Virus record (IMG/VR): IMGVR_UViG_3300032220_001634
DNA from: an uncultured virus (IMG/VR IMGVR_UViG_3300032220_001634)
Lineage: Duplodnaviria > Heunggongvirae > Uroviricota > Caudoviricetes
Direction: 5' to 3' (one strand)
Length of the DNA: 64,000 nt
The position numbers were made by a program, and so were the translations under genes. The notes under the pieces are model-generated. The model did not search any database. It had not been told where the DNA came from and saw nothing but the letters and a program-made list of their open reading frames with translations. Shown in pieces: positions 9,891 to 20,414 of the stretch (within the stretch, counting starts at the first letter, position 1; every line of letters starts with the position of its first letter).

Positions 9891-11055
9891 CTGAAGAATC
9901 TGAGTTTTCTACATCCTCGTCCAAAGAGTCAAGAATATCGGAGTGATCTGTTAAATCAGGAAATTTAAACTTGTCCTTGATCACATTCTTATCGAGTTGT
10001 TCTAAAACTTCTTTCGTGAAAACTTTATCAGTAAATAGCTCTGTAGAAGCAACAGTCTTACCTAGATGCTTAACTCCCCAGCGTGTAGATGTTGCATTCG
10101 GTTTAAATATGCTTTCTTTTTTACCAGTTTCTGGATTCTTTACTTCTTCGAATTTACCTCTTTCTATTCCGCACGCTTCCCATGAAACATAATCTTGAAG
10201 ACCAACATACGGGTTCATACCATGAGAGAATGAGATGTGGAATTTAATTTGCTCTGGAATAGTGAATCTGCTTTTCTTAAGAGTCGAGGTAACAACTATA
10301 CCAGTTTTAGTACCAGATCCATCTTTAAGCTGAGCCTTAGATAGAAATGCCACAACGGACATTGCAAATATAGGGCCATCACCACCAGAGCTTTCTTTTG
10401 TTGGCATATATCCACCCCCTGCATAAACGTGGTTTGTACAGATCAAAGGAATCTTTGCTGCAGTTAAATCGAGCGTAATAACTCGGAATAGCTTTCTAAG
10501 CTCCTTAGCTTTAGCACCCATATCTGCTGCATTATGTCCTTTCATTGCATCTGCTAATTCTTTATCGGTACTTAACATACCAAGAGAATCCAGAACTATA
10601 AGTATCTTTGGATTATCTCCCTTAGATTTAGCTTTTTTAACAAGATCAATAACGTTTGATGCGAATGTTTGGAATTGTGAAACTGTCTGGATTGGTTGAT
10701 ATCTGATATTAGAAGAATCTATACCAAATTTAATAGCACTAGATTTATCAATAGCACCCTCCGTGTCACAATAGATAACATTATATCCAATTTTTTGAGC
10801 TTCCCTAACAACGTTTAAACAAAAGAAAGATTTACCTGTACCGGGATCCCCCATAACTCCGAAAGATCTTGTATTTGGTACACCACCAAATAAAGATCCA
10901 GAGATCTGTGCATTCAATAAATAATTACCGGTTGGTATCCACTCATCAACTTCACTAAATGAATTGTTTTCTAGTAGGGATCCTGTTTCAAACCCAGAAA
11001 TTTTGGAAAGCTCTTTATCCAGAGCTGCAAATGAAAAACCTTCGTTCTTAGCCAT
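9877..11055 (-). CDS. uvsX: UvsX/RecA-like recombinase
   Basis: GDPGTGKS, DTEGA, IVLDSLG and TNHVY motifs. Confidence 0.92.
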   Translation of the reverse strand: MAKNEGFSFAALDKELSKISGFETGSLLENNSFSEVDEWIPTGNYLLNAQISGSLFGGVPNTRSFGVMGDPGTGKSFFCLNVVREAQKIGYNVIYCDTEGAIDKSSAIKFGIDSSNIRYQPIQTVSQFQTFASNVIDLVKKAKSKGDNPKILIVLDSLGMLSTDKELADAMKGHNAADMGAKAKELRKLFRVITLDLTAAKIPLICTNHVYAGGGYMPTKESSGGDGPIFAMSVVAFLSKAQLKDGSGTKTGIVVTSTLKKSRFTIPEQIKFHISFSHGMNPYVGLQDYVSWEACGIERGKFEEVKNPETGKKESIFKPNATSTRWGVKHLGKTVASTELFTDKVFTKEVLEQLDKNVIKDKFKFPDLTDHSDILDSLDEDVENSDSSDEQE

Positions 11056-11264
11056 AATTTAATTAGTTATTTATTAAATCATAGCTGAAAAACGAAGATT
11101 AGTTTCTGACCTTACTTTTTAAGTTTTGGCCCTATCTTAGATTTTTTAAATTAGTTTGGGGTTTTGGGCTCTTTAGATAATATAGTATACTATCAATCCC
11201 GGGGGTAATAAGATATTAATCTTAGCGGTGTTTCCTGGAAAAGTTTCAGAAAATTAGAATTTTT

Positions 11265-13202
11265 TTATTTAACCCCTAATTTTTTCTGTATTTCCTCTCT
11301 ATTATCATGATATAGTCCAAGATCTTTTTGGAAATCCTCGAATGACTCTTCCTGAGTGTTATAAACTTTGCCTGTTACTGTACCTAAAAATTGCATCGCC
11401 CTTCCTGCAGCATCTTTAGTTTTATCGTCATATTGACCGTCCTTAAAATCCCCACCTGACAAATAGGAAAGATTTTTTAATTTATTTTGGAATTCAGTAA
11501 TAGCTTCTTTATCTTTATCTGTTGGATTGGTAGGGAATGTTTTATATTTCTTTTTTCCCTTACCTATAAGACTAGGTAGTTTCTTTTCTTCCTTACTTAC
11601 GCCTCTAAAAGCATCCATAGCTTTTTTTAATTGGGTCGTAGCTTCGTTACCTTTTGCTCTTTTCTGTAGATACTTCCTATCAGTAATAGAAGCTAAAAGC
11701 TCATCTGCTTTCTTCATAAGATCTATACCTTGTGAAAGATTTCCTGCTGCTACCACTGATTCTCTTCCCTTCCCCATCACAGAATCTTTCCACTGAGCAA
11801 GAACACCACCAGGTCTTACTATAACCCCAAGTTTTTTAGAGATTTCATCAAGCTTAGATTTCACCTTTGAGATGGTTCCTGATTTAATCTCATTTTGAAT
11901 ATTCATCAGATATTTAAAAGACTCCCTGGTAAAATCTATGATTTCGGAAGCAGATTCTTTAGCATCTTTTTTAACCCCTTCGCTGCCAGCTTCACCTGTA
12001 ACATTTTCTTGATATCCTATAACATTATCAATCTCACTTGCTAATGCCATTATAGAGCCTTTAAGATTTTCTGCAGCTGTTAACAGTGATCCTGCAGTTA
12101 GTTCGGATTTTTCGTCTTTCCCAAAAACTGTTTGATCTGCTAATCCTTTTATACCAGCACCAACATTGCTTATAAACTCTCTTCCTCTGTTAAGGAAACC
12201 TCCAAAGTTTTCAACGAAAACATCAGATTCTTTTACTCCACCTATTGTCACCTTAGGAGCTTCGCTTTTACCAAGCTTAGATTCTAAATCAGTGTCCTCT
12301 TTTTCCCCCTTCTTTTTATACTTATCTTCCTCTTTTTTTAATCTCTCCTCTGCTTGGTCTTCTGTTGATTTAATTTGTCTTTCTCCTTTAACTATAGATT
12401 CAATAGAGTCAGCTACAACTTCAAAATAATCTCTTTTAAGTTTAGCATCATCGTTCTTCTCGATTCTTTCTAGTTCTTTAATACCACCGGCCTTAAAATT
12501 AGATACCGCTTTATATAAAAGATTAGAAGCCTGTGAATATTGCCCAATATTAACTATTTCCAAACTGTTAGTTGCATCTAATGCTTCCTCTTTTGCTGCG
12601 TTAATTTCTTCTGTATATTCCTCTTGAGTTATCTCTCCTCTGTCAAGTTTTTCTTTAAGATCTTTAGCTATCTCTTTTACTTTCCGTATAACTGGATTTT
12701 CTCCCATTATTTTAGGAGCTTCCTTGTTCATAGAATCCGCAAGTGTTTCTATTTTTTCCCATGCCTCAGTAGCTCCTTCGTAAGAAGGATCAACTTTTAT
12801 ATTTCTAATTATCTTATTGTAATCATTAATAAGATCTTGTTTTTTTACGTCGTTTTGACTTATAGATATAGCTATAGCCAAAAGCTTGTCTAATGCGCTT
12901 AAAGCGTATGTAAAATAAGTTATATGACCAGTTGCAGCATGCTTAGCTGCGTCCATTTTAGGACTGTTCATATTTTCTTTATATTTAACTCCCCCCTTTC
13001 TTTTTGACTGTTTAGGTTCTACCTCTAAATCACCTAGCTCGTCAGAGGCATCCCCTTCGGGTGAGCTCATATCGTCCGATGGGATTTCTTTATCTTTACT
13101 ATCTATGTCACCAAGATCCCCGTCGTCTTCCATTATACTTGGTGAAACGATGGCTCCTTTATTAAAGAAAGATTTGAATTTTAAAACTTTAGATTCCTTC
13201 AT
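11265..13202 (-). CDS. Lys/Glu-rich probable virion protein with C-terminal peptidoglycan-binding-like domain
   Basis: Helical, charged sequence; C-terminal FQNKLKNL...DGQYDDKT. Confidence 0.5.
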   Translation of the reverse strand: MKESKVLKFKSFFNKGAIVSPSIMEDDGDLGDIDSKDKEIPSDDMSSPEGDASDELGDLEVEPKQSKRKGGVKYKENMNSPKMDAAKHAATGHITYFTYALSALDKLLAIAISISQNDVKKQDLINDYNKIIRNIKVDPSYEGATEAWEKIETLADSMNKEAPKIMGENPVIRKVKEIAKDLKEKLDRGEITQEEYTEEINAAKEEALDATNSLEIVNIGQYSQASNLLYKAVSNFKAGGIKELERIEKNDDAKLKRDYFEVVADSIESIVKGERQIKSTEDQAEERLKKEEDKYKKKGEKEDTDLESKLGKSEAPKVTIGGVKESDVFVENFGGFLNRGREFISNVGAGIKGLADQTVFGKDEKSELTAGSLLTAAENLKGSIMALASEIDNVIGYQENVTGEAGSEGVKKDAKESASEIIDFTRESFKYLMNIQNEIKSGTISKVKSKLDEISKKLGVIVRPGGVLAQWKDSVMGKGRESVVAAGNLSQGIDLMKKADELLASITDRKYLQKRAKGNEATTQLKKAMDAFRGVSKEEKKLPSLIGKGKKKYKTFPTNPTDKDKEAITEFQNKLKNLSYLSGGDFKDGQYDDKTKDAAGRAMQFLGTVTGKVYNTQEESFEDFQKDLGLYHDNREEIQKKLGVK

Positions 13203-13229
13203 AATTTAATTATATTCCAATAAAGAATA

Positions 13230-14489
13230 TTATTTGAACATATCAGAGATTTTACCCTTATTCTTATCTAATTTAGATAGGAACTTTTGGAATCCTGCAG
13301 TCATAACTTTACCATCAACTCCTTTAAGTAATTCAGGAGCAAGACTTGAATAAGTATCAGCTATTTTTTTAATAGCTATAGCAGTATTTTTACCGTAAAG
13401 TCCGTCAGCTACTATTTTACTTTTTTCCGGAAGTAAAGAGTTCATTTTTTCTTGAGCCTTCTTTATACCTTCTCTATTTTTTCCTTTTTTAGATTCATTT
13501 TCTCCACCTTGCTTAAAATCTTCGTATGTTTCTTTATCCTCTTCTTCTTTTTCTTCCTTCTTATCTTCACCTTTGTCACCATCTTTAGCATCACCCTCAC
13601 CTGCCTCTTTAGCTATAACCGTTTCTTCCTCTTTATTTAAAACCTCTAGAGCTTTAGCTATCATTTCTGCAACTTCTTGAAGTGCTTTTGTTAACTTTTG
13701 ATCAACTCCGAGTTTGATTAGAGTCTTACTTTGGATTTGGTTTAGTTCTTCTGGTATTTTATTGATCTCGTCAAGAATTCTAGCAAGCTCGTCCTTTCTT
13801 TCTCTTCTCTTCATGTCTTTCCATTTTTCCTCGTCTTTAAGGAGAGCATACATGTCTTTAAGCTTCTTAGCTATCTCTTTACATTTACCTTTAAGCTCAT
13901 CGCTAGGAGAATTATTGAAAAGATTTCTGACGTTACTATAAATTGGAGTGATCTTTTTAACCAACTCTTCTCTTTCATCAGTAAATGTGTTTTTCTCTAA
14001 AAGATAAAAGTGACTTTGTTCTTCCAAATTGAATCCCCTAGATTCTTTCATATCTTCGATCTTTGGAGCTTCAGCAGCAGTTGTTTTAAGAGATTCGATA
14101 TAGCTTAATATCATTTTGTAAATTCTCTTACTGATCTCAGAAAGCTGTTTTTTACCATCCTCTGTTTTAGAAACCTCTGCGTAGATCTCGGATAGTTTTT
14201 TAGCAGCTTGTTGGATTTGGCCGGCAGCGGACTTATATTTAGGATCAACTTTAGCAGCAATCTTGTTTATTACTGCTAGCATTTGTGTGCCCTTATCTGC
14301 TGGATCTGCTTCAGCCACGTCCGTTAAATCTTTAACCGCATCCTTATAATCACCTATTTTTGTAACTAAACTCGTGTATGCTTGGAAAAATAGATTTACT
14401 ATCTGGTCAGCAGTAGTGGAAGCTTTTGTTTCTTCTCCCTCGTTTATACTGTGGTATGATCTAAAATCTAGAACTTTATCAATTTTCAT
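13230..14489 (-). CDS. Lys/Glu-rich probable virion protein with C-terminal peptidoglycan-binding-like domain
   Basis: C-terminal IKKAQEKMN...ADGLYGKNT; GATATATA motif upstream. Confidence 0.5.
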   Translation of the reverse strand: MKIDKVLDFRSYHSINEGEETKASTTADQIVNLFFQAYTSLVTKIGDYKDAVKDLTDVAEADPADKGTQMLAVINKIAAKVDPKYKSAAGQIQQAAKKLSEIYAEVSKTEDGKKQLSEISKRIYKMILSYIESLKTTAAEAPKIEDMKESRGFNLEEQSHFYLLEKNTFTDEREELVKKITPIYSNVRNLFNNSPSDELKGKCKEIAKKLKDMYALLKDEEKWKDMKRRERKDELARILDEINKIPEELNQIQSKTLIKLGVDQKLTKALQEVAEMIAKALEVLNKEEETVIAKEAGEGDAKDGDKGEDKKEEKEEEDKETYEDFKQGGENESKKGKNREGIKKAQEKMNSLLPEKSKIVADGLYGKNTAIAIKKIADTYSSLAPELLKGVDGKVMTAGFQKFLSKLDKNKGKISDMFK

Positions 14490-14573
14490 TGCTAATTTAT
14501 TTTTTCTTTATATATCCACAAAAAATCCGGCTTTTTAAGCCGGATCCGATGAATTAAATAAAGTCCTAAATCA

Positions 14574-15557
14574 TCATTTTTTATAGAAATTTAGCCAGTG
14601 CTCAACCATCTCATCCATCATCGACTCGAAAGTGTATGACGGGATCCATCCGGTTTTACTTCTAAGCTTAGCTGAATCCCCCTTTAAATCCTCAAGTTCC
14701 TCCGGTCTTAGAAATTTGGGATCAGTCTTAACGAATTGTCTCCAGTCCAATTCTAGCTTTCCGAACACATATTCAACAAGATCCTGAACTGAATGAGAAA
14801 CCCCAGTGGAGCAGACATAGTCGTCAGACGATTCCTGCTGAAGAATCATCCACATGGCCTCGACATAATCTTTGGCGTGCCCCCAATCTCGGGTTGCCTT
14901 TAAATTTCCTAACAGAAGCTCTTTTTTGAGACCCAATTTTATTTCAACCGCAGCTTTAGCAACCTTATTGGTTACAAAGTTTGTTCCTCTGCGGGGTGAC
15001 TCGTGATTAAACAAAATCCCGTTGGAGATGTACATACCGTAGGAGTTTCTGTAGTTTCTACATATATTATAAGAGAAAACCTTTGCGCATCCGTAAGGTG
15101 AAACTGGATTCATTGGGGTTGTTTCCCTCTGGTATCCATCTGAATCTATCGAATTACCAAACATTTCTGAAGATGATGCCTGATAGACTTTTACTGAAGG
15201 ATCGTATAATCTTATGGCCTCTAAAAGGTTTAGAGTCCCTATTCCAGTAGCTTGTGCGGTATAAACTGGTTGATCAAAAGAGATTCTAACATGTGACTGT
15301 GCAGCCAGATTGTAAACTTCATGTGGCTTAGCTGTTTTAAGAGCATGAAGCAGAGACGGAACGTCTAAAAGATCAGCATAAATAAGATTACCTTTTATTT
15401 GATCATAAACCGAATCCAGTCTATATGTTTGATTTTCCGAAACAGAATTTCTTTTAACTGTCCCAAAAACTTCATATCCTTTATCTATTAAAAATTCGGC
15501 TAGATAACTTCCGTCTTGTCCGTTTATGCCCGTTATTAAGGCTCTTTTCTTTTCCAT
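14574..15557 (-). CDS. gmd: GDP-mannose 4,6-dehydratase
   Basis: GINGQDGSYL, LAAQSHV, YQASSSEMFG, SPYGCAK, NHESPRRG; likely start MEKKRAL at 15557. Confidence 0.97.
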   Translation of the reverse strand: MEKKRALITGINGQDGSYLAEFLIDKGYEVFGTVKRNSVSENQTYRLDSVYDQIKGNLIYADLLDVPSLLHALKTAKPHEVYNLAAQSHVRISFDQPVYTAQATGIGTLNLLEAIRLYDPSVKVYQASSSEMFGNSIDSDGYQRETTPMNPVSPYGCAKVFSYNICRNYRNSYGMYISNGILFNHESPRRGTNFVTNKVAKAAVEIKLGLKKELLLGNLKATRDWGHAKDYVEAMWMILQQESSDDYVCSTGVSHSVQDLVEYVFGKLELDWRQFVKTDPKFLRPEELEDLKGDSAKLRSKTGWIPSYTFESMMDEMVEHWLNFYKK

Positions 15558-16468
15558 TATTGTCTTACTTTTGGGTAATTTTTTATAAACCAATCGATAG
15601 ATTTCTCCAACCCCTCTCTAATAGGAGTGAATTTAAAATCGGGGTACATATTTTTTATGATTGAATTATCTGATGGCTTTCTAAGTTGGCCGTCAGGTTT
15701 AGTTGTATCGAATATAATATTGTTCTTAAATTCGAAGATGTCAGCTATCGTATTTACAATATCCTTTATGCTTATCTCCTCAGAAGTTGATATAACTACT
15801 GGGGCATCCCCTGTATAGTCATCATAAAGTTTTTGTGTTATAGAAGCAACATCTTCAGAGTAAATAAACTCTCTCAATGGACTTCCTGATCCCCAGACAT
15901 AAAAATCTTCTCCTTTCTCCCTTGCAATAAACATTTTATGAATCAAAGATGGTATCACATGTCCTTCCTCTATGTTATAGAAATCCCCGGGCCCGTAAAT
16001 GTTACAAGGAATAACCGAGAAATAATTAAGCCCGTATTGTTGTCTGTATGCTTGAAGTTGAATTATCCCCATTCTCTTAGCATATGCGTAAGCATAATTC
16101 GAAGGATGCGGAGGTCCTAAATGTATTTTATCTGGTGTGAGTGGGTACTCAACCTTATCAGGGAAAACACAAGTTGAGGAGAATAGAATCAATTTTTCAA
16201 TTCCCTTTTTTCTTGCTTCCTCTATGATAAGTGTGTTCATCATTATATTGTCGTAGTAGTAAGATCCTGGGTTTTTCATATTTCCCATTATACCTCCTAC
16301 TCTAGCAGCGCAGTGGATTATACCGCTGTAATTTGAATTTCCTATAATTCTGGAAACAAACTCTGGGTCTCTAAGATCTCCATGCTTAGTAGATATTCTA
16401 TCAAATTTTGAATCGGTAAAGCATCTACCTACTAGACCAGATCCTCCCGTTATTAATATATTACTCAT
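15557..16468 (-). CDS. fcl: GDP-L-fucose synthase
   Basis: GGSGLVG, AARVGGI, YAYAKR, PCNIYGP, WGSGSPLREF, KPDGQLRK. Confidence 0.95.
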   Translation of the reverse strand: MSNILITGGSGLVGRCFTDSKFDRISTKHGDLRDPEFVSRIIGNSNYSGIIHCAARVGGIMGNMKNPGSYYYDNIMMNTLIIEEARKKGIEKLILFSSTCVFPDKVEYPLTPDKIHLGPPHPSNYAYAYAKRMGIIQLQAYRQQYGLNYFSVIPCNIYGPGDFYNIEEGHVIPSLIHKMFIAREKGEDFYVWGSGSPLREFIYSEDVASITQKLYDDYTGDAPVVISTSEEISIKDIVNTIADIFEFKNNIIFDTTKPDGQLRKPSDNSIIKNMYPDFKFTPIREGLEKSIDWFIKNYPKVRQ

Positions 16469-17288
16469 TTTCTTGGTTGTTTAAAAAGTTTACGTATTCT
16501 CCTATGCCAATTCTTAGGGTATACTGAGGGATCCAGCCTGGCATAAAATTTTGGCTTTTAGTGTGGAATTGATAGCCCTCAGGGATTTGATCCTCCCTAA
16601 AATATTCCCATTTTTCTATTCCAACCTCTTTTAATAGCGATTCGAATGTTTTGGACTCGCCAGATCCAACATCATACCATTTACCCTTTAAAGCTCCATA
16701 ATTCTCCATAGCGAAATGATTTGCTTGTATAACATCTTTTATGTAAACAAAATCTCTTTCCGGCTCTCCTGGGAATAAATTAACGCTATGACCGTTCTTT
16801 TGCTTATTATAGGCCTGAAAAGCAAAAGAGCTCATTTTCCCCTTATGTGACTCCCCAGGTCCGTATACGTTAAAATATCTGAGTCCTATAGCACCGTTTG
16901 AAATAGCATAACCTTCTGCTGCGTACTTGCTCCATCCATATAAATTAGAGGGATATCCATTAACTCCGTAGTTTGCAGCCGATGACGAGTAAATCAATTT
17001 CCTGTCCTTAGACTTACACCAATCTGTTATGATCTTGGTGCACTCATAATTGAGCTCCATCATGTAATTAACCCTTGATTCTAGAGTGTCAGAGCAAGCT
17101 CCCACATGAAAGATCACGTCAGCATTAATCTCATCTAGTGATTTAGATAATTCCTCCTTCCAGTCTTGGTATTTAGGATCGTAGAAATCGTCAATGTCCA
17201 TACAGACCACAGAATGTTCTATCCCAAACGATTCGACTAAATTGGATCCTATAAATCCTCTATCCCCTGTTATTAGTATATTTGCCAT
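16461..17288 (-). CDS. hldD: ADP-L-glycero-D-manno-heptose 6-epimerase-like SDR
   Basis: GFIGSN, FHVGACSDT, SSAANYG, YGWSK, RYFNVYGPGESHKGKMSS, YQFHT. Confidence 0.85.
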   Translation of the reverse strand: MANILITGDRGFIGSNLVESFGIEHSVVCMDIDDFYDPKYQDWKEELSKSLDEINADVIFHVGACSDTLESRVNYMMELNYECTKIITDWCKSKDRKLIYSSSAANYGVNGYPSNLYGWSKYAAEGYAISNGAIGLRYFNVYGPGESHKGKMSSFAFQAYNKQKNGHSVNLFPGEPERDFVYIKDVIQANHFAMENYGALKGKWYDVGSGESKTFESLLKEVGIEKWEYFREDQIPEGYQFHTKSQNFMPGWIPQYTLRIGIGEYVNFLNNQENE

Positions 17289-17293
17289 TTTCT

Positions 17294-18007
17294 TTAATTT
17301 CTAAAAAATTCATGTCCTCCTCTCCTGTTTTTATCCAGGAAAAGAATATGTGTTTTATTTGTAACTATTCCATTTCCCTCACCTACTGCGAAGGGATGTT
17401 CTAACACAGCTTCAGGTGGGTTCACATAAAAAGCCTTATTCAGATGGGATTCATCATGCCATATAGCAACTATGTTTTTAGTAAGATCTGTTTCTATATT
17501 ATTTCTAAGTGTTTCTGAAAATTGAAGGAAAGATGTAGAATCCCCACCAAAAAAACCGCCACAGAAATATCTACTCTGGGCTCCATAAGGAATATATGCT
17601 TTACTTTCGGGATTTCTTTCTGGTGTTCCCGGACCGCTAAATAAACACGGATGTATCGTTCCAATCATGCCAGTATTCGGAAGTATATTACTGCCGACAT
17701 CCTTTATAAAAATAGAATCCACGTCTATATAGAAAGAATAATCGGTTGATTCTATAATATTCTTAGCAGAAAGGAAGTAGTGGAATCTCTTTAATGTTGG
17801 AGCGGGCCATGGCTCGTGTTCTATCGGATTTTTAACAAATCTTATCCGTGAGTATTTATCGAGCTCTTCGGGAAGATCCCTGTTAGTGTGGACAATAGCT
17901 AACACCTCAGAATCTCTAAAGAAAAACTGATCTATACTATTTGCAACTTCGTCCAAAAAGGACACGTACTTATTTGTCGCTATCAGATTTATGGATACTT
18001 TCAACAA
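17294..18007 (-). CDS. GT6 (ABO-type alpha-1,3-Gal/GalNAc transferase family) glycosyltransferase
   Basis: IATNKY, DVD, GGFFGG and WHDESHLN motifs. Confidence 0.9.
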   Translation of the reverse strand: MLKVSINLIATNKYVSFLDEVANSIDQFFFRDSEVLAIVHTNRDLPEELDKYSRIRFVKNPIEHEPWPAPTLKRFHYFLSAKNIIESTDYSFYIDVDSIFIKDVGSNILPNTGMIGTIHPCLFSGPGTPERNPESKAYIPYGAQSRYFCGGFFGGDSTSFLQFSETLRNNIETDLTKNIVAIWHDESHLNKAFYVNPPEAVLEHPFAVGEGNGIVTNKTHILFLDKNRRGGHEFFRN

Positions 18008-18017
18008 AATACTAGAT

Positions 18018-18953
18018 TTATCCTAGCATTATATCGAAAGATTTAAAAATGTTCTCTTTTCTCTCGCTGTGATTCGTATAAGAATCCCAATTCCCACCAG
18101 CCCTGTAATGGAGAAATCCAGGAGGATAAAACTCTGAAAAATATAGACCTCTAGTATTTCTTGGATCCTTTTCTAAAGAGCTTAAAAGAATTTCAGGAAT
18201 CTCTACACCTTGACTTAAAGTCATATCCCTATTCCAAGATCCGGAGTAGAGATGTATAATTTTTTTATAATCCGGGTGTTTTCTAAGGTAGAAAAACATA
18301 AGTCCACCAACATCGGTGTGGACTCCAGAGAATCTAGAAGTTATTTTTAGATCATCAGAAACGTCACACGTATCCCAATAAAACATGGACCAATCTATAT
18401 TCTTAGGTCTGAATGCAAATAGACCGTTCCAAAGATATTCAACGGAGATCAATTCGTTTGTTCTTACTTGAGGAACTCCCAGAAGATTATAGTTCTCCAT
18501 ATGATTCTCTATATCTATAGGTAGTATGGGAAACATATCGCTATCTATATTGAGTATAATGTCACAGTCTGAATAATTTTCTCTGCAATAGTTTACCGCA
18601 TACTGTAAAGAATTTGCGCACCACTCACCAGGATGATCTATTATATAAGATCTATAAGGATGAACACTTCCTGGATTTTCATGAACAGAGACAGGAACCT
18701 CTATTCTCGTGATTCCTAACTCTTCACAGACTGATGCTATGTTTTTCCTTACGTTCGGATCGAAATCATTTATTCCTCGGGAAAGATAGTTTCTGTTATT
18801 GCCGCTATCGTCAAAGACTATAAACTCAAAGGGATTTAGCATGAATTTATCCAATAGCTTTTTTTGATATGTTATAAATCTGGAATCGTTTAAATGTACA
18901 CTTATTACTCTGATCATAGTTCTAATATTTTTTTCCAGCAATTGATATACCAT
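18018..18953 (-). CDS. Probable glycosyltransferase (GT-A fold, DSD)
   Basis: IDSDMF motif within the glycan island; true start may be 18917. Confidence 0.5.
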   Translation of the reverse strand: MVYQLLEKNIRTMIRVISVHLNDSRFITYQKKLLDKFMLNPFEFIVFDDSGNNRNYLSRGINDFDPNVRKNIASVCEELGITRIEVPVSVHENPGSVHPYRSYIIDHPGEWCANSLQYAVNYCRENYSDCDIILNIDSDMFPILPIDIENHMENYNLLGVPQVRTNELISVEYLWNGLFAFRPKNIDWSMFYWDTCDVSDDLKITSRFSGVHTDVGGLMFFYLRKHPDYKKIIHLYSGSWNRDMTLSQGVEIPEILLSSLEKDPRNTRGLYFSEFYPPGFLHYRAGGNWDSYTNHSERKENIFKSFDIMLG

Positions 18954-19744
18954 TCTTCAGTAGCCCATTCTGGTATAGGGTCCGGAAGTATTCTGCTATT
19001 CATTATTTGATTGTATAAATCATCATTTTGATCTATTTCTATAACTCTATTTATAGCTTCGTCTAGATTTTTAAAATCGGAAACGTTTAAAAAAGAAGCG
19101 GGATTGAAATCTTTATTTATTAAGGGATTACCTTTGTATATTGGCAAAGATCCTGACAGGAAGGGATCTATTATTTTTTCAGTAGTGTATCCTTCGGAAT
19201 ACTGATTTTCAAAAGCTATAGTAAACTTGTAATCTGATAGCCATTTATTCTTATCCTGAACACTATGTCCTATATTATTAAATAAAGTCCCTCCCGAATC
19301 TACTTTTTTATACTCAGATAGCTTTTTGAAAAAATCTATCCGATCTTTAACCCCCAACATATTAGTGTTCCCATTACCGTATATGAAATTACAAAACTTT
19401 AATTTTTCTGAAGCCCAGTCTTTCTTTTCTCTTTTTTCTAGAGAATTGTAGTTTGTGTGATGCCAAAGATAGAGAGGAAATCTAAAATTTCGTGGATCAT
19501 CGGAGTATTCGAAGGTGAATGCAAAATCGTATTTATTAAAGTCTGGATCCATTCTCTCTCCAGTAAAGAAAACTTTCTTAAAGGGTTCGCTTCCTAAAGG
19601 ACCTTTACCGAAATAACTGTATACTACAACGTCAGGATTGTCTTGAGTTACTTGTAGATTAAACTTCTCAACAATCCAATTAAAAGCTGAGTGTTGTTTA
19701 TAATCAAAATTTGGCCAAAAATCTCTAAAACATATTTTTTTCAT
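18914..19744 (-). CDS. GT10 alpha-1,3-fucosyltransferase
   Basis: KFCNFIY, YKFTIAFEN...GYTTEKI...GSLPIY. Confidence 0.92.
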   Translation of the reverse strand: MKKICFRDFWPNFDYKQHSAFNWIVEKFNLQVTQDNPDVVVYSYFGKGPLGSEPFKKVFFTGERMDPDFNKYDFAFTFEYSDDPRNFRFPLYLWHHTNYNSLEKREKKDWASEKLKFCNFIYGNGNTNMLGVKDRIDFFKKLSEYKKVDSGGTLFNNIGHSVQDKNKWLSDYKFTIAFENQYSEGYTTEKIIDPFLSGSLPIYKGNPLINKDFNPASFLNVSDFKNLDEAINRVIEIDQNDDLYNQIMNSRILPDPIPEWATEEWYINCWKKILEL

Positions 19745-19819
19745 TATACTCCTTTTTAATAATATGTTATATTAATATCTATATTTTTATTTCGGAAAGA
19801 TGGATTTAAAAAGACGGGG

Positions 19820-20401
19820 TTATATGATTGGTTTTCTGTATATTGAAGTTTGATCTACCGGATTTTTAAAAATAAAACGATCCCAATTTTCAGGAATAGT
19901 AGAGATTGCTTCCCAGTATGCTGGTCTTTCTGAGTTATCTATTATTAGATAACCTCCGGGATTTAGCTTATTGATGGAATTACATATACACATGGATCTA
20001 GCCAAACCGTCTATAGAAATGTAGTCGAAATTGTTTTTAAAATCTAAAATAGTTCCTGCGTATTTTTCATAGTCTCCTCCTCTTTCTTTATCGTATCCCC
20101 ATATTTCAAGCATTTCGCAGGAGGAGTAAATATAATTTATATTTTTAACTTGGGTTTCTTTTATTTTATTTTCAATTAACTCATACCATTCTTTGCAACT
20201 TTCGACTGAAATTATTTTATCAGTAAATTTAGAAAACCAAAAAGTGCTAGAACCCGAACCAAACTCAAATCCCGAATGTGACTTATCGAGTTTGGAAAAT
20301 AAAAAATTAACAGCATCTATATGAAACCAAGGTTGTTGGGGGGTTCCCATTATATCTAAATGACCTTTAGGTCTTTCGCCAATATCAATTCCTGAATACA
20401 T
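19820..20401 (-). CDS. SAM-dependent methyltransferase
   Basis: EFGSGSST, IDG, LNPGGYLIIDNS. Confidence 0.8.
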   Translation of the reverse strand: MYSGIDIGERPKGHLDIMGTPQQPWFHIDAVNFLFSKLDKSHSGFEFGSGSSTFWFSKFTDKIISVESCKEWYELIENKIKETQVKNINYIYSSCEMLEIWGYDKERGGDYEKYAGTILDFKNNFDYISIDGLARSMCICNSINKLNPGGYLIIDNSERPAYWEAISTIPENWDRFIFKNPVDQTSIYRKPII

Positions 20402-20414
20402 TTTTAAAAATTAA

